Below, piece by piece: positions 1 through 8,614 of a stretch of DNA of 40,122 nt. The position numbers and the translations under genes are program-made. Location: IMG/VR virus record IMGVR_UViG_3300018877_000052, positions 1 through 40,122 of that record. One strand, written 5' to 3'. The stretch is from a virus (taxonomy: Duplodnaviria; Caudoviricetes). Under the pieces are notes generated by a model, which worked only from the letters and a program-made list of their open reading frames with translations, searched no databases and was not told where the DNA came from. Numbering within the stretch: the first letter of the stretch is position 1; every line of letters begins with the position of its first letter.

Positions 1-705
1 TTGGATAAAATTAAAAGCATATTATTAATACTAGTAATAACGGTTGTATTGATTATGGGTATTCTTTTTCTTACGGAATATATTAATAGCCAATCATTCG
101 ATCAGCAATTTTTTACTGTATTGGGTTCTGTTTCCACTTCTATAGCCGCGATTGGCGGATTATTACTTTTGTTAGTAACGTTCTTATATCTCCTAGAAAC
201 TAGAAAAATGGCGACTGAAGCAAGAAGACAACGAGAACTATTAGAGGAGCCAGCGGTTAGTTTAAAGATCGTTCCAGATAAAAAAGATCCTAATTTTTTA
301 TTTGTAATTATGAAAAACACTGGAGGTGGACCTGCATACGATGTGTCTGTAGTATTTACTCCAGATTTAAAATACAGTGATTCTTCTTTAAATCAATTAA
401 AGATGTTTAATAATATGCCACTTTTAGATAAAAATGAAGAAATAAAATTCTTCTTTGATTCAGCGGTTAACTTATTTGATAGTGAGAACTCTAAAGAAAC
501 AACTGTTAAGATTACTTATTATAAAACACCAAAAGCAAATGTCTGGGCAAAACAATATACAAGGGAATTTGCTGTTGATTTCGAAGAAAGAAAAGGACAG
601 CTTTATTTATCACGAAGAGACATACATGATTTGGTAAATGAAGTAGAAGAGTTAAAACAGGTTTTATTAATTGGGGCTGTCGAGAGAAAAGGTGATTTAC
701 AATGA
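1..705 (+). CDS. Hypothetical membrane protein (two N-terminal hydrophobic helices), AT-rich
   Basis: 234-aa ORF with two TM-like segments; overlaps next ORF by ATGA. Confidence 0.75.
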   Translation: MDKIKSILLILVITVVLIMGILFLTEYINSQSFDQQFFTVLGSVSTSIAAIGGLLLLLVTFLYLLETRKMATEARRQRELLEEPAVSLKIVPDKKDPNFLFVIMKNTGGGPAYDVSVVFTPDLKYSDSSLNQLKMFNNMPLLDKNEEIKFFFDSAVNLFDSENSKETTVKITYYKTPKANVWAKQYTREFAVDFEERKGQLYLSRRDIHDLVNEVEELKQVLLIGAVERKGDLQ

Positions 706-1109
706 TCGATAAATTTTATAAGCCCTTATCACCAATAATTTTGCCAGAATGTTATTTATTGTTGGGTAGTAATCCAGTTCCCTTGATTAAAACTTATCTG
801 TTTATAAATCAAACTAAAATTAAGGTAGTTAAAGTAGGGAATAACTGGATTGAAGATATATTGAAAGACAAGGTGTATATAAAAGGTTACTTTTACTCCA
901 AAGTTGACCTTTCCTTAGGGTTGTTTGACGAAGAAATAGTAGATAAGGATATAAAGCTAATTGGAAAAAGTGGCAATAGACAATTTAAATTAGAGGGCAT
1001 TTCAATCGGTAAAACAAAAAGTTATTTTGGAGACAGTAATTTCCGGATTTCAAAATTTTCTGCTCTAAATTATGAGATTATTGTCACTTCATCTAAATCT
1101 AAAGAATAA
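702..1109 (+). CDS. Hypothetical protein, translationally coupled to upstream gene
   Basis: 135-aa ORF, AAGGTG RBS, ATGA overlap. Confidence 0.7.
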   Translation: MIDKFYKPLSPIILPECYLLLGSNPVPLIKTYLFINQTKIKVVKVGNNWIEDILKDKVYIKGYFYSKVDLSLGLFDEEIVDKDIKLIGKSGNRQFKLEGISIGKTKSYFGDSNFRISKFSALNYEIIVTSSKSKE

Positions 1110-1112
1110 GCT

Positions 1113-1140
1113 AAGACCACTTTAAGAAGTGGTCTTTTTT
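1113..1140 (+). terminator. Rho-independent terminator overlapping the integrase stop codon
   Basis: AAGACCACTT-TAAG-AAGTGGTCTT followed by T-run. Confidence 0.8.
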
Positions 1141-2291
1141 GTTAGAGTATCAAAATGCTTTGCAGCTTCTTGGTCCGCAGATCGGAGAGCATGACCATAA
1201 ATATTCATCGTGGTTAAGATGTTTGCATGACCAAGTCTCTCAGAAATGATCTTAGCATGCACACCTTTATTAATCAGCAGTGTGGCAGACGTATGTCGTA
1301 AATCATGAAAACGGATGTATTTTAGATTGTGCCGTCTGATAAACCGAGACCACCAAGTTTTCACACTAGAAGGATATAGTGGTTTTCCATTCCATGAAGA
1401 GAAGACAAAAAAACGGTCTCCTCCTTGCCATAATTCCTCAGCATTAGCCCGATCTTCAATAGATTGTTGTTTCAGGGCCTTCAGATCCGGTATTACACTT
1501 GAAGGTATAGACACGATTCGAACAGAGCTTTTGGTCTTTGGTTCCTTAATGAGGTAGCCTGTCTCTTTAACAAATGTGAGTGACTGTCTAACATCAATCG
1601 TTCCTTCTTCAAGATTTACATACTTCCACTCGAGCCCCAGCAATTCGCCCCTTCTTAGCCCCGTAGTTAAGGCTAATGTAATCATAACTCTCCACATTAA
1701 ATCTTCCTTTTCAAGAGCAGCGAAGAGGAGTTGAACTTCCTCCTCATCATAAACAGACATCTCCGTATGTTCGACTTTAGGTTTCTTAATTGACTCCATA
1801 GGGCTAGTTTTAATGACTTTCCACTCAACCGCCCGGTTGAAGATATTTTTTAAAACGCGATGAATATATTCAATCATCCCAGAAGATAACTTGCCTTCTT
1901 TACCATCTTTTCTTTCGCCATTATCTTCTAATTCCCGAATGAAACTGACGATATGGAGAGGCTTTATCTGATCCAGCCGCATATGCCCGAACTTAGGGAT
2001 GATTCTGTTGTTTATTTGTATGAGGTAATTTTCAAGGGTTTTTGGGCTTAGCTCCCGCTTAGCATATTTGTCTTTCCATTCATCAATGAAGGCTGCTACA
2101 GTCATTTTTTCCGGGGCGATATACTCACCGGCTTCAACTTCCATAACAAATTTGGCAAGCTCTTTTTCAGCTTCGCGCTTTGTGGAGACTTTTACTGTTT
2201 TTGTTTTCTTGATACGTTTTCCATTCGCATCGTATCCGGCCTCTACAACTAATAGAAATGAGTTTGGACCACGTTTTTGTATACTAGCCAT
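1122..2291 (-). CDS. int: Tyrosine recombinase / phage integrase (ICEBs1-Int-like)
   Basis: Motifs TGLRRGEL, HDLRHT, LGHA...Y; N-terminal arm-binding domain. Confidence 0.97.
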   Translation of the reverse strand: MASIQKRGPNSFLLVVEAGYDANGKRIKKTKTVKVSTKREAEKELAKFVMEVEAGEYIAPEKMTVAAFIDEWKDKYAKRELSPKTLENYLIQINNRIIPKFGHMRLDQIKPLHIVSFIRELEDNGERKDGKEGKLSSGMIEYIHRVLKNIFNRAVEWKVIKTSPMESIKKPKVEHTEMSVYDEEEVQLLFAALEKEDLMWRVMITLALTTGLRRGELLGLEWKYVNLEEGTIDVRQSLTFVKETGYLIKEPKTKSSVRIVSIPSSVIPDLKALKQQSIEDRANAEELWQGGDRFFVFSSWNGKPLYPSSVKTWWSRFIRRHNLKYIRFHDLRHTSATLLINKGVHAKIISERLGHANILTTMNIYGHALRSADQEAAKHFDTLTKKTTS

Positions 2292-2296
2292 TTACT

Positions 2297-2647
2297 TCAC
2301 CTCCACGGGTTCATCTGCAATATTTCCTCCAGATCGGAAACCTGGACTATCAGGTATTCTGCATTCCAATAGTCACTTAAATTTTCCATCGCTCTTCGAC
2401 GAAGAGGGTCAAGTAAGATACCAAACATGCCTGGTTTCTCGTGGTGTATTGTCAGATCTCCCAATGTAACTGAGATTCCCATCTTATCTGAAATGAACTC
2501 CTCAGTTCCTTGGCGCTGAAAGGGAGCGGAGACAGGAATATAAGCTGTCTCTTTATGCCAGTCCAACTCTCCCTTTCGGAAATTAGCAACAAACCAAAGA
2601 GGGGAGAGGAGACCCTCAAAATAATCGTAATAGACCGCTAATTTCAT
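2297..2647 (-). CDS. Hypothetical protein in the immA-orf-int operon
   Basis: 116-aa ORF overlapping the immA stop and ending 5 bp before int start; GGAG RBS. Confidence 0.75.
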   Translation of the reverse strand: MKLAVYYDYFEGLLSPLWFVANFRKGELDWHKETAYIPVSAPFQRQGTEEFISDKMGISVTLGDLTIHHEKPGMFGILLDPLRRRAMENLSDYWNAEYLIVQVSDLEEILQMNPWR

Positions 2648-3276
2648 TGGATTACGACTCCTTTACCCTTTTCTAACTTTCTGCGAATTGCAGTCAGGAA
2701 TAGCTGCTTGGTTTCTTCGGACCAATTTGAAGGATGGGCCTTGCTGTGCTTGTTTTGAAAATACGAGTTGATAGTTTGCTGATACTCAGCTTGGTTAATG
2801 CGGCTTTTAATTTGTCGGAAACGCCGCATAGCAAGAGATAACGGAACTCGGAAGATCTGCGACCACTGAAATGCAACATTGTGTTCGTGCTGCCCAATTT
2901 CTATGTCTTTAACCATGAAGAAGGGAATGGCTGCGTAAAGTTGAAAGAAAGTGGCTTGTGTTTCTTGTAGGTCCCGAAACGCTTTGGGGAGCAGCTGCTG
3001 GTTCCCCGCGTGTCGGATTGGATGGCACAGTTCATGGAAAAACTCACTTCTCTGTGTCGGTTCATCTAGGCGAGAGTCAAGCATGATTAAGAACTCATTG
3101 CTTCCATCATCAAGCCATCTCGCATGTGAACGTGTTTTTAGGTAGGCGACTTCACCGCCAAAAATTGCAGCAATAGTATCTAGGTCGAGATCTTCTGGAG
3201 TAAGGAGTGAATGCTGCTGATAAACGGATGTAATCCATTCCTCGAGTGGGCTCATTTTATAGAGTGAGAAGTCCAT
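2644..3276 (-). CDS. ImmA/IrrE-family metallopeptidase (anti-repressor)
   Basis: HExxH motif (HELCH) plus downstream E; next to an XRE repressor. Confidence 0.9.
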   Translation of the reverse strand: MDFSLYKMSPLEEWITSVYQQHSLLTPEDLDLDTIAAIFGGEVAYLKTRSHARWLDDGSNEFLIMLDSRLDEPTQRSEFFHELCHPIRHAGNQQLLPKAFRDLQETQATFFQLYAAIPFFMVKDIEIGQHEHNVAFQWSQIFRVPLSLAMRRFRQIKSRINQAEYQQTINSYFQNKHSKAHPSNWSEETKQLFLTAIRRKLEKGKGVVIQ

Positions 3277-3292
3277 TAAGATCCCTCGTTTT

Positions 3293-3306
3293 CAAACGTA
3301 CGTTCG
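3293..3306 (-). promoter_or_regulatory. LexA/DinR (Cheo)-like box upstream of immA
   Basis: CGAACGTACGTTTG on the minus strand, close to the Bacillus consensus CGAACRNRYGTTYC; 17 bp before the start codon. Confidence 0.6.
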
Positions 3307-3318
3307 TATTTATGGCTG

Positions 3319-3342
3319 AAAATAATAGCCCAGAGGGCTATG
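3319..3342 (-). terminator. Possible terminator after the repressor gene
   Basis: ATAGCCC-TCT-GGGCTAT then TATTTTT on the minus strand. Confidence 0.45.
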
Positions 3343-3363
3343 TATGTTAACTCAGAGGTGTAA

Positions 3364-3735
3364 TTACTTTTCGCGTTCTTTTGCTCGTTTTTCTTTCATT
3401 CTGCGGAAGAGCTCAAGACTTTCTTTAAGATACTCTGCTTCTTCCTCAGTCAGACCGTCTCCACCAGTGATGAAGGCTAGGCCCATATTCGGATCGTTCT
3501 CAAATTGCTTGTCCTTTTTGTCGGTAGGATTAGGGTCATCAGTTAGGCCGAGCAGCCAATCTAGAGAACAATTATAGATTTGCGCAATTTTTGATAATGC
3601 TTCTTTATCAGGTGAGCGGTAGTCACGTTCATAATTTGAAACAACTTGAGATGAAACACCAAGTTTCTCGGCAGCTAGAGCCTGAGTCCATCCTCTTTTT
3701 TCCCTAAGCATTTTTAACTTTTCGCCAAGAGTCAT
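3364..3735 (-). CDS. XRE-family HTH phage repressor (ImmR/CI-like)
   Basis: HTH_3 pattern (LREKRGWTQ...VSNYERD); GGAGGTG RBS supports ATG at 3735. Confidence 0.93.
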   Translation of the reverse strand: MTLGEKLKMLREKRGWTQALAAEKLGVSSQVVSNYERDYRSPDKEALSKIAQIYNCSLDWLLGLTDDPNPTDKKDKQFENDPNMGLAFITGGDGLTEEEAEYLKESLELFRRMKEKRAKEREK

Positions 3736-3770
3736 TAGTGTCACCTCCAATAAGAGTATATTACCATTTA

Positions 3771-3870
3771 TAAACGTACCGTTTAAGTATTTAAACGAAA
3801 AGTTTATAAAAATGATTGACTAAACGTTTCGTTTAGTATATTATCAAGTTGCAGGTAAACGATTCGTTTA
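3771..3870. promoter_or_regulatory. Four palindromic operators TAAACG-N3-CGTTTA at 3771, 3792, 3821 and 3856
   Basis: TAAACGTACCGTTTA, TAAACGAAAAGTTTA, TAAACGTTTCGTTTA, TAAACGATTCGTTTA between the divergent HTH genes. Confidence 0.88.
3816..3844 (+). promoter_or_regulatory. SigA-type rightward early promoter
   Basis: TTGACT-N17-TATTAT with operator 3 in the spacer. Confidence 0.8.
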
Positions 3871-3887
3871 GTTTGGAGGTGATACAT

Positions 3888-4121
3888 TTGATATTGGTAC
3901 ATGATCGAATTAGACAGATAAGAAAACAAAAAGGTGTTACAAAAGCTTTTGTTGCAAGAGCTTTAGGTTTAACTGCAATGGGATATCATCACTTGGAATC
4001 TGGCAGATCTCCGATTAGTACAGATAGATTACAAATTATTGCAAAGGTTTTAAGTGTTGATCCAAGGGAATTTTTATGTCCTGATGTAAACGAATTGGTT
4101 AGTTCTGAAAAACTTGCATGA
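3888..4121 (+). CDS. Cro-like XRE HTH protein
   Basis: HTH pattern; GGAGGTG RBS before TTG 3888; divergent from the repressor. Confidence 0.88.
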   Translation: MILVHDRIRQIRKQKGVTKAFVARALGLTAMGYHHLESGRSPISTDRLQIIAKVLSVDPREFLCPDVNELVSSEKLA

Positions 4122-4135
4122 GGGAGGGGCTTTAT

Positions 4136-4327
4136 ATGGATCTACAATCAATCCTTACAGTATCTCAATTGGCTGACCTCCTCGGAGTACATCAAGATAC
4201 CATCTACACAATGGTTCGCCAAAAACAAATTCCACACTTTCGCATTCGTTCTCGTATCTTTTTCAGGGTAGAAAGCATCAATGCTTGGATGCAAGAACAG
4301 GAACGCAGCAACACTCAAGTGGTTTAA
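4136..4327 (+). CDS. Excisionase-like HTH_17 protein
   Basis: LTVSQLADLLGV...IYTMVRQKQIPHFRI motif; GGAGG RBS. Confidence 0.85.
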   Translation: MDLQSILTVSQLADLLGVHQDTIYTMVRQKQIPHFRIRSRIFFRVESINAWMQEQERSNTQVV

Positions 4328-4418
4328 AAAGCCCTCGGTCCGAAGATGCCGAGGGAGCAAGGAAGATGAGCACATCTTTATGGTAAAGCACTTAAAAAAC
4401 TGAAGGGAGAGAGAACAA

Positions 4419-5024
4419 ATGGCGAACACAGCATATGCTCGACAGCAGATTGGTCTGTACCTAAAAGAGTTCCGGATAAATAGTTATGACCCTAGCTTAC
4501 GGACCCAATCAGGATTAGGAAGTGTGCTAGATATCACGCAAAAACAGGTTTCATTAATTGAATGTGGATTGACGGAAGCTCCGGTACAACTAGCAGCCAG
4601 ATGGTGCAAAGAGACGGAATGGTTTGAGGGTTGCGACTTGTTATCTCATATTTATGGGCTTGACCCATTCGGATTTGTTCCGGTTGATCCCGGGTTAAAT
4701 CAAAACGTCTCTGAGGCTCTGCATAATCTAAAGCGGCAACTCAAGCAAGCACTAGAAGCAGTGGACAAGCTTATCGAGGAAGAACCAGGAACAAACATAG
4801 CAATTCGACATGGTACATATACGCTGACATCGGAACTAAAGGAGTGCATCAAAGAAGTAGCCGACCTAATCCCCGCAGTAAAAACTTACTTTTACGCATC
4901 GGAGAGACAGGATAGAGCTCATATGCGGGAGATCGGCTCCATGTGGAATATCGAAGCTTTGGATGATCGTGTAGCGATGCCGGGAATTGAGAATTTTGCT
5001 TCTACAACCTTAGCCCTTAGATAG
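4419..5024 (+). CDS. HTH-containing phage regulatory protein
   Basis: N-terminal XRE-like motif (TQSGLG...QKQVSLIECG). Confidence 0.75.
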   Translation: MANTAYARQQIGLYLKEFRINSYDPSLRTQSGLGSVLDITQKQVSLIECGLTEAPVQLAARWCKETEWFEGCDLLSHIYGLDPFGFVPVDPGLNQNVSEALHNLKRQLKQALEAVDKLIEEEPGTNIAIRHGTYTLTSELKECIKEVADLIPAVKTYFYASERQDRAHMREIGSMWNIEALDDRVAMPGIENFASTTLALR

Positions 5025-5035
5025 GAGAGGACCTT

Positions 5036-5209
5036 ATGGAGCCCCAAGATTGGAATAGTCGCTTATTGATTGTTCTTGAAAAAACGTATTCTTACGAAGC
5101 TAAGCAGCTGGCTCACTTTTCTAAAGAAGGAGAGCAAGAGATTTATCATTATGCAAAACGATTAGCAGAGTTCCGGAGAGACCGCAAAACGAAGGAGGAA
5201 ATTTCATGA
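5036..5209 (+). CDS. Small hypothetical protein (57 aa, MEPQDWNSRLL...)
   Basis: Translated manually; AGGAGAGG RBS; ATGA-coupled to next ORF. Confidence 0.65.
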   Translation: MEPQDWNSRLLIVLEKTYSYEAKQLAHFSKEGEQEIYHYAKRLAEFRRDRKTKEEIS

Positions 5210-5358
5210 AGGATCTGACTACAGCAGAAGGGGTAATTCAGTTGGTTTGTAACGGTGACCGCCCAATCGGTCGAAAAATAATCACCCTGGGAGAAATGAC
5301 CGAGCTACTTTTGATGGCAGAAAAAGAGAAAACCGCCTGCAATGAACAGACGGCTTGA
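5206..5358 (+). CDS. Small hypothetical protein (50 aa, MKDLTTAEGV...)
   Basis: Translated manually; AAGGAGG RBS. Confidence 0.65.
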   Translation: MKDLTTAEGVIQLVCNGDRPIGRKIITLGEMTELLLMAEKEKTACNEQTA

Positions 5359-5412
5359 ACAAAACACTCGTTATAAAAATCATAGCACACCATCTGTAAG
5401 GAGGACAAGCAT

Positions 5413-5676
5413 ATGAGCATACCTTCAAAAGAGATCGTGACAACAATCATCGGTGGTAACTTCGATCGATTGGCCATATATACACCAAACGGAGCACTAA
5501 AAATAACTGATTTTCCGGATTTGATTCCTGGTCAAGGATGGCCACCATCACAAGAGGTTGTTTTACGAAGCTGGGAAGAAATCGAAAGGTTGCGTGACTT
5601 CCTCAACAGCCTGAAACCAGCTGCATCTCAATTAAAAGTATCGGAGGAAATTCAATATGAACGCAGTGCTGTCTGA
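5413..5676 (+). CDS. Hypothetical phage protein
   Basis: 87-aa ORF with GAGG RBS. Confidence 0.7.
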   Translation: MSIPSKEIVTTIIGGNFDRLAIYTPNGALKITDFPDLIPGQGWPPSQEVVLRSWEEIERLRDFLNSLKPAASQLKVSEEIQYERSAV

Positions 5677-5884
5677 TTTTCCAACCTATGTACAAAAAAC
5701 GGAATCGTTGAGACAACGCCAAGCGGAAGTTCTTGCTTTCGATATTCCGAGCGATGAACTGCTCTATCGATTAGAAGACATTATGGAGGAATTCGAATAC
5801 ATCAGAAGCACGTGGAGGGATCGTTCCGTATCGGAGAACCGGGACGCAATCCAGGAGCAAATCAGAAAGTTGAGTCGAAACTAG
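5657..5884 (+). CDS. Hypothetical phage protein
   Basis: 75-aa ORF with GGAGG RBS. Confidence 0.7.
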   Translation: MNAVLSDFPTYVQKTESLRQRQAEVLAFDIPSDELLYRLEDIMEEFEYIRSTWRDRSVSENRDAIQEQIRKLSRN

Positions 5885-6020
5885 GGCCCGTCCCTAGTCG
5901 CAGGGGAGTGGCTTACCCTGCCTGATGATGACAGGCCATACATAATGCGGGGTCACAACGGGAGCAGTCATAGGAGCTGTACGGCTGGCAGAGAGGTTGG
6001 GCTGCCGGCGGCCTCGTGAC
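5881..6020 (+). ncRNA. Candidate structured RNA (multi-hairpin, GC-rich intergenic region)
   Basis: Stems CTAGGG/CCCTAG, GCAGGG/CCCTGC, GCCTG/CAGGC, CTGGCAG/CTGCCGG, closing GTCAC/GTGAC. Confidence 0.4.
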
Positions 6021-6039
6021 TAAAGAAGGAGGTTTTAAC

Positions 6040-6219
6040 GTGGAAATGAGCTTTTCTTTTGGAAAACCAGTTCCCTCGGATGAGTTTAATCGTCTTCTTG
6101 AATCATCCGAGGTAATTGATTTATCCACTGTAACAGTTATCGAAGCTTTAGCTCAACCAATTAAACCGTGTATCGCTTCCACGGAATGCGTCGATGGTCA
6201 CTGTTCGCCAAAAACTTAA
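6040..6219 (+). CDS. Small hypothetical protein
   Basis: AAGGAGG RBS before GTG 6040; 3' end overlaps a convergent gene. Confidence 0.45.
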   Translation: MEMSFSFGKPVPSDEFNRLLESSEVIDLSTVTVIEALAQPIKPCIASTECVDGHCSPKT

Positions 6220-6418
6220 CGATATCAGTTCTTCCGTGGTAGGTGGGAATTCCTCTTGAATCCTGCGCCATCAGGATAAGAGGAACACCCATAGGGAAGA
6301 AGCGACGGAAACTGTCACGTACATCTTCTCGGTCGCTGCTATTCAGGACATGGGGCTTGACGATGACAATAGCGAAAGTAACTCCCTGTTCTTTTACTAG
6401 AGCGCCATCAAATTGCAT
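6161..6418 (-). CDS. Hypothetical protein, antisense insertion in the early region
   Basis: Compact globular-looking ORF MQFDGALVKEQGVTFAIV...; AAGGTGGTG RBS before ATG 6418. Confidence 0.75.
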   Translation of the reverse strand: MQFDGALVKEQGVTFAIVIVKPHVLNSSDREDVRDSFRRFFPMGVPLILMAQDSRGIPTYHGRTDIVKFLANSDHRRIPWKRYTV

Positions 6419-6631
6419 AAGACTCACCACCTTCTAGTTCCGTCGTTGTGAGGTGGAATGTGACAAAAGTACCACTATTTGGACGGGAATCGACAGGGAT
6501 GGAGGAAAATCCTCCCAAAAAAACGAAAAAAGCCCAGCGCTGGCACGCTGAGCCTTAGGTGAAACGCTTCGCAAGATTCGTTACTTATAGCGTAGCGGAG
6601 TAGCCACTAAAAAGCAAGCGGGGGAGACTAC

Positions 6632-7570
6632 ATGGCACAAGTTTTAGTTAATACCAAATACTTATCACGCGAAATGTGGTTACAGTACCGCACAAAGGGA
6701 TTCGGCGGTAGTGATGTTTCAGCAATTGCGGGTTTGAACAAATGGAAGTCTCCTGTACAGGTGTGGCTAGAAAAAACGGGACAAGCACCGTTAGAAGAAT
6801 CACATAGTGAAGCAGCATACTGGGGAACAAAGCAAGAAGCCCTTGTTGCCGAAGAGTTTGCTTTACGAACAGGTCTGAAAGTGAGGAGATGCAACCAGCT
6901 CCTGCAACATCCAGAGTACCCATTCATGCTGGCCAACGTCGACCGCTTGATAGTAGGGGAAAAAACGGGTCTCGAGTGTAAGACTGCATCTGAATACCTT
7001 AAAGAGCTATGGACTGGCGAGGAAATTCCAGCGGAATATCTCTTACAGTGCCAGCATTACATGGCGGTTACCGGTTATGAAGCATGGTGGATTGCAGTAC
7101 TTATCGGCGGCAATAAGTTCGTGTATAAGAAGATCGAGCGCGACGAAGAGCTCATCACTCAAATCATCCAAATTGAATCAGACTTCTGGAACAAACATGT
7201 GCTGACAAAGATCCCTCCAACTTTCGATGGATCTGACGCTTCGACTGAGTTGATTAAGCAAATGTATCCGGTTGGAGAGCCGGAGAGTGAAACAGAACTG
7301 CCACTTGAGGCGGACAAGCTAATCGAAGAGCTTGCAGCTATCAAAGAGCAGGCAAAAGAGTACGAAAGTCGAGTTGCCGAACTGGAGAACCGCCTCAAAG
7401 CCATGCTCGGCGAGTACGAAACAGGGATCGCCAGCAATCATCTTATTACCTGGAAGACGGTCACTTCGAATAGGGTTGACATACAAGCACTAGCTAAAGA
7501 TCACCCAGCTATTTATGAGAAGTACATTAAACCATCCATTTCACGACGTTTCAACGTAAAAGCTGTTTAG
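6632..7570 (+). CDS. YqaJ-family (lambda-exonuclease-like) recombination nuclease
   Basis: WL..R..GFGGSD, ANVDR, LECKT, QCQHYM motifs. Confidence 0.95.
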   Translation: MAQVLVNTKYLSREMWLQYRTKGFGGSDVSAIAGLNKWKSPVQVWLEKTGQAPLEESHSEAAYWGTKQEALVAEEFALRTGLKVRRCNQLLQHPEYPFMLANVDRLIVGEKTGLECKTASEYLKELWTGEEIPAEYLLQCQHYMAVTGYEAWWIAVLIGGNKFVYKKIERDEELITQIIQIESDFWNKHVLTKIPPTFDGSDASTELIKQMYPVGEPESETELPLEADKLIEELAAIKEQAKEYESRVAELENRLKAMLGEYETGIASNHLITWKTVTSNRVDIQALAKDHPAIYEKYIKPSISRRFNVKAV

Positions 7571-7583
7571 GGGGAATTGAGAC

Positions 7584-8417
7584 ATGGCCACCAATCAGGA
7601 TTTAAAAAACCAACTGGCGAACCGAGCGAATAACTCCCCAGATAAACCTCTAACGCCGGAGCAAACCATTGCTGCTTATCTAAAAAGAATGGCCCCAGAG
7701 ATTGAAAAGGCGCTTCCTTCTCATATGAACGCAGAGAGGATGGGTCGAATCGCTCTCACCACGATCCGGTTAACACCGAAACTCCTGGATTGCAGCGTTC
7801 CTTCTCTGATGGGTGCCATCATGCAGGCCGCTCAGCTAGGGTTGGAACCAGGACTCATCGGACATTGCTACATCATTCCTTACGGCAAAGAAGCCACTTT
7901 CATCATTGGTTATAAAGGCATGATTGATTTAGCTCGGCGCAGCGGCAACATCGAAAGCATTTATGCTCACGCTGTTTATGAGAAAGATGAGTTTGATTAC
8001 GAGCTCGGTCTCCACCCGAAGCTGCATCATAAGCCTGCCACTGGTCACCGCGGAGAAATGAAATATGTGTACGCTGTGGCTCACTTCAAAGATGGTGGCT
8101 ATCAGTTTGAAGTCATGGATACCGGAGAGATTGAACGCCGCCGTAAACGTTCCAAGGCGGCGAATAACGGTCCGTGGGTTACAGACTACGAGGAGATGGC
8201 GAAGAAAACTGTTATACGCCACATGTGGAAGTACCTACCGATCAGTATCGAGATCCAGCAGCAGGCTGCGCAAGATGAAGTGATCCGTAAGGATGTCACG
8301 AGTGAGCCTGAAAGTATTTACACTGACCCGATCGATATCTCTGGTGCCACAGTGGAGACAGTGCCCGAAGAGGGCAAAGTTGATCAAGATCCGACGCTAT
8401 TTGATGAAGGCAAATAA
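7584..8417 (+). CDS. recT: RecT-family single-strand annealing protein
   Basis: AAQLGLEP, IGYKGMIDLARRSG, PW..DYEEMAKKTV motifs. Confidence 0.95.
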   Translation: MATNQDLKNQLANRANNSPDKPLTPEQTIAAYLKRMAPEIEKALPSHMNAERMGRIALTTIRLTPKLLDCSVPSLMGAIMQAAQLGLEPGLIGHCYIIPYGKEATFIIGYKGMIDLARRSGNIESIYAHAVYEKDEFDYELGLHPKLHHKPATGHRGEMKYVYAVAHFKDGGYQFEVMDTGEIERRRKRSKAANNGPWVTDYEEMAKKTVIRHMWKYLPISIEIQQQAAQDEVIRKDVTSEPESIYTDPIDISGATVETVPEEGKVDQDPTLFDEGK

Positions 8418-8419
8418 AA

Positions 8420-8614
8420 ATGCCACCGGTTGAACAATGGTTTCCACTTCCGGACTTGTATCGAGCTATTGAGAATCCAGAAACTTTAAAACGATTTGCA
8501 GCAGCTTATATGAAGGTACGACATCCGGGGTGGAAGCCAATAAAAATTAGAAACTACCAAGTCTTGGCGACTAAAGAAAAACAGGGAGGAGAAGAAGATG
8601 GCACGAGCGCGTAA
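8420..8614 (+). CDS. Hypothetical phage protein
   Basis: 64-aa ORF between recT and the initiator. Confidence 0.65.
   Translation: MPPVEQWFPLPDLYRAIENPETLKRFAAAYMKVRHPGWKPIKIRNYQVLATKEKQGGEEDGTSA

Noticed and set aside
1081-1145. attL core next to the integrase
   Set aside because: No matching direct repeat elsewhere in the window; the hairpin is explained as a terminator
5919-5940. Hammerhead ribozyme (CTGATGA core)
   Set aside because: No GAAA core element after a stem II; CTGATGA lies within a simple hairpin
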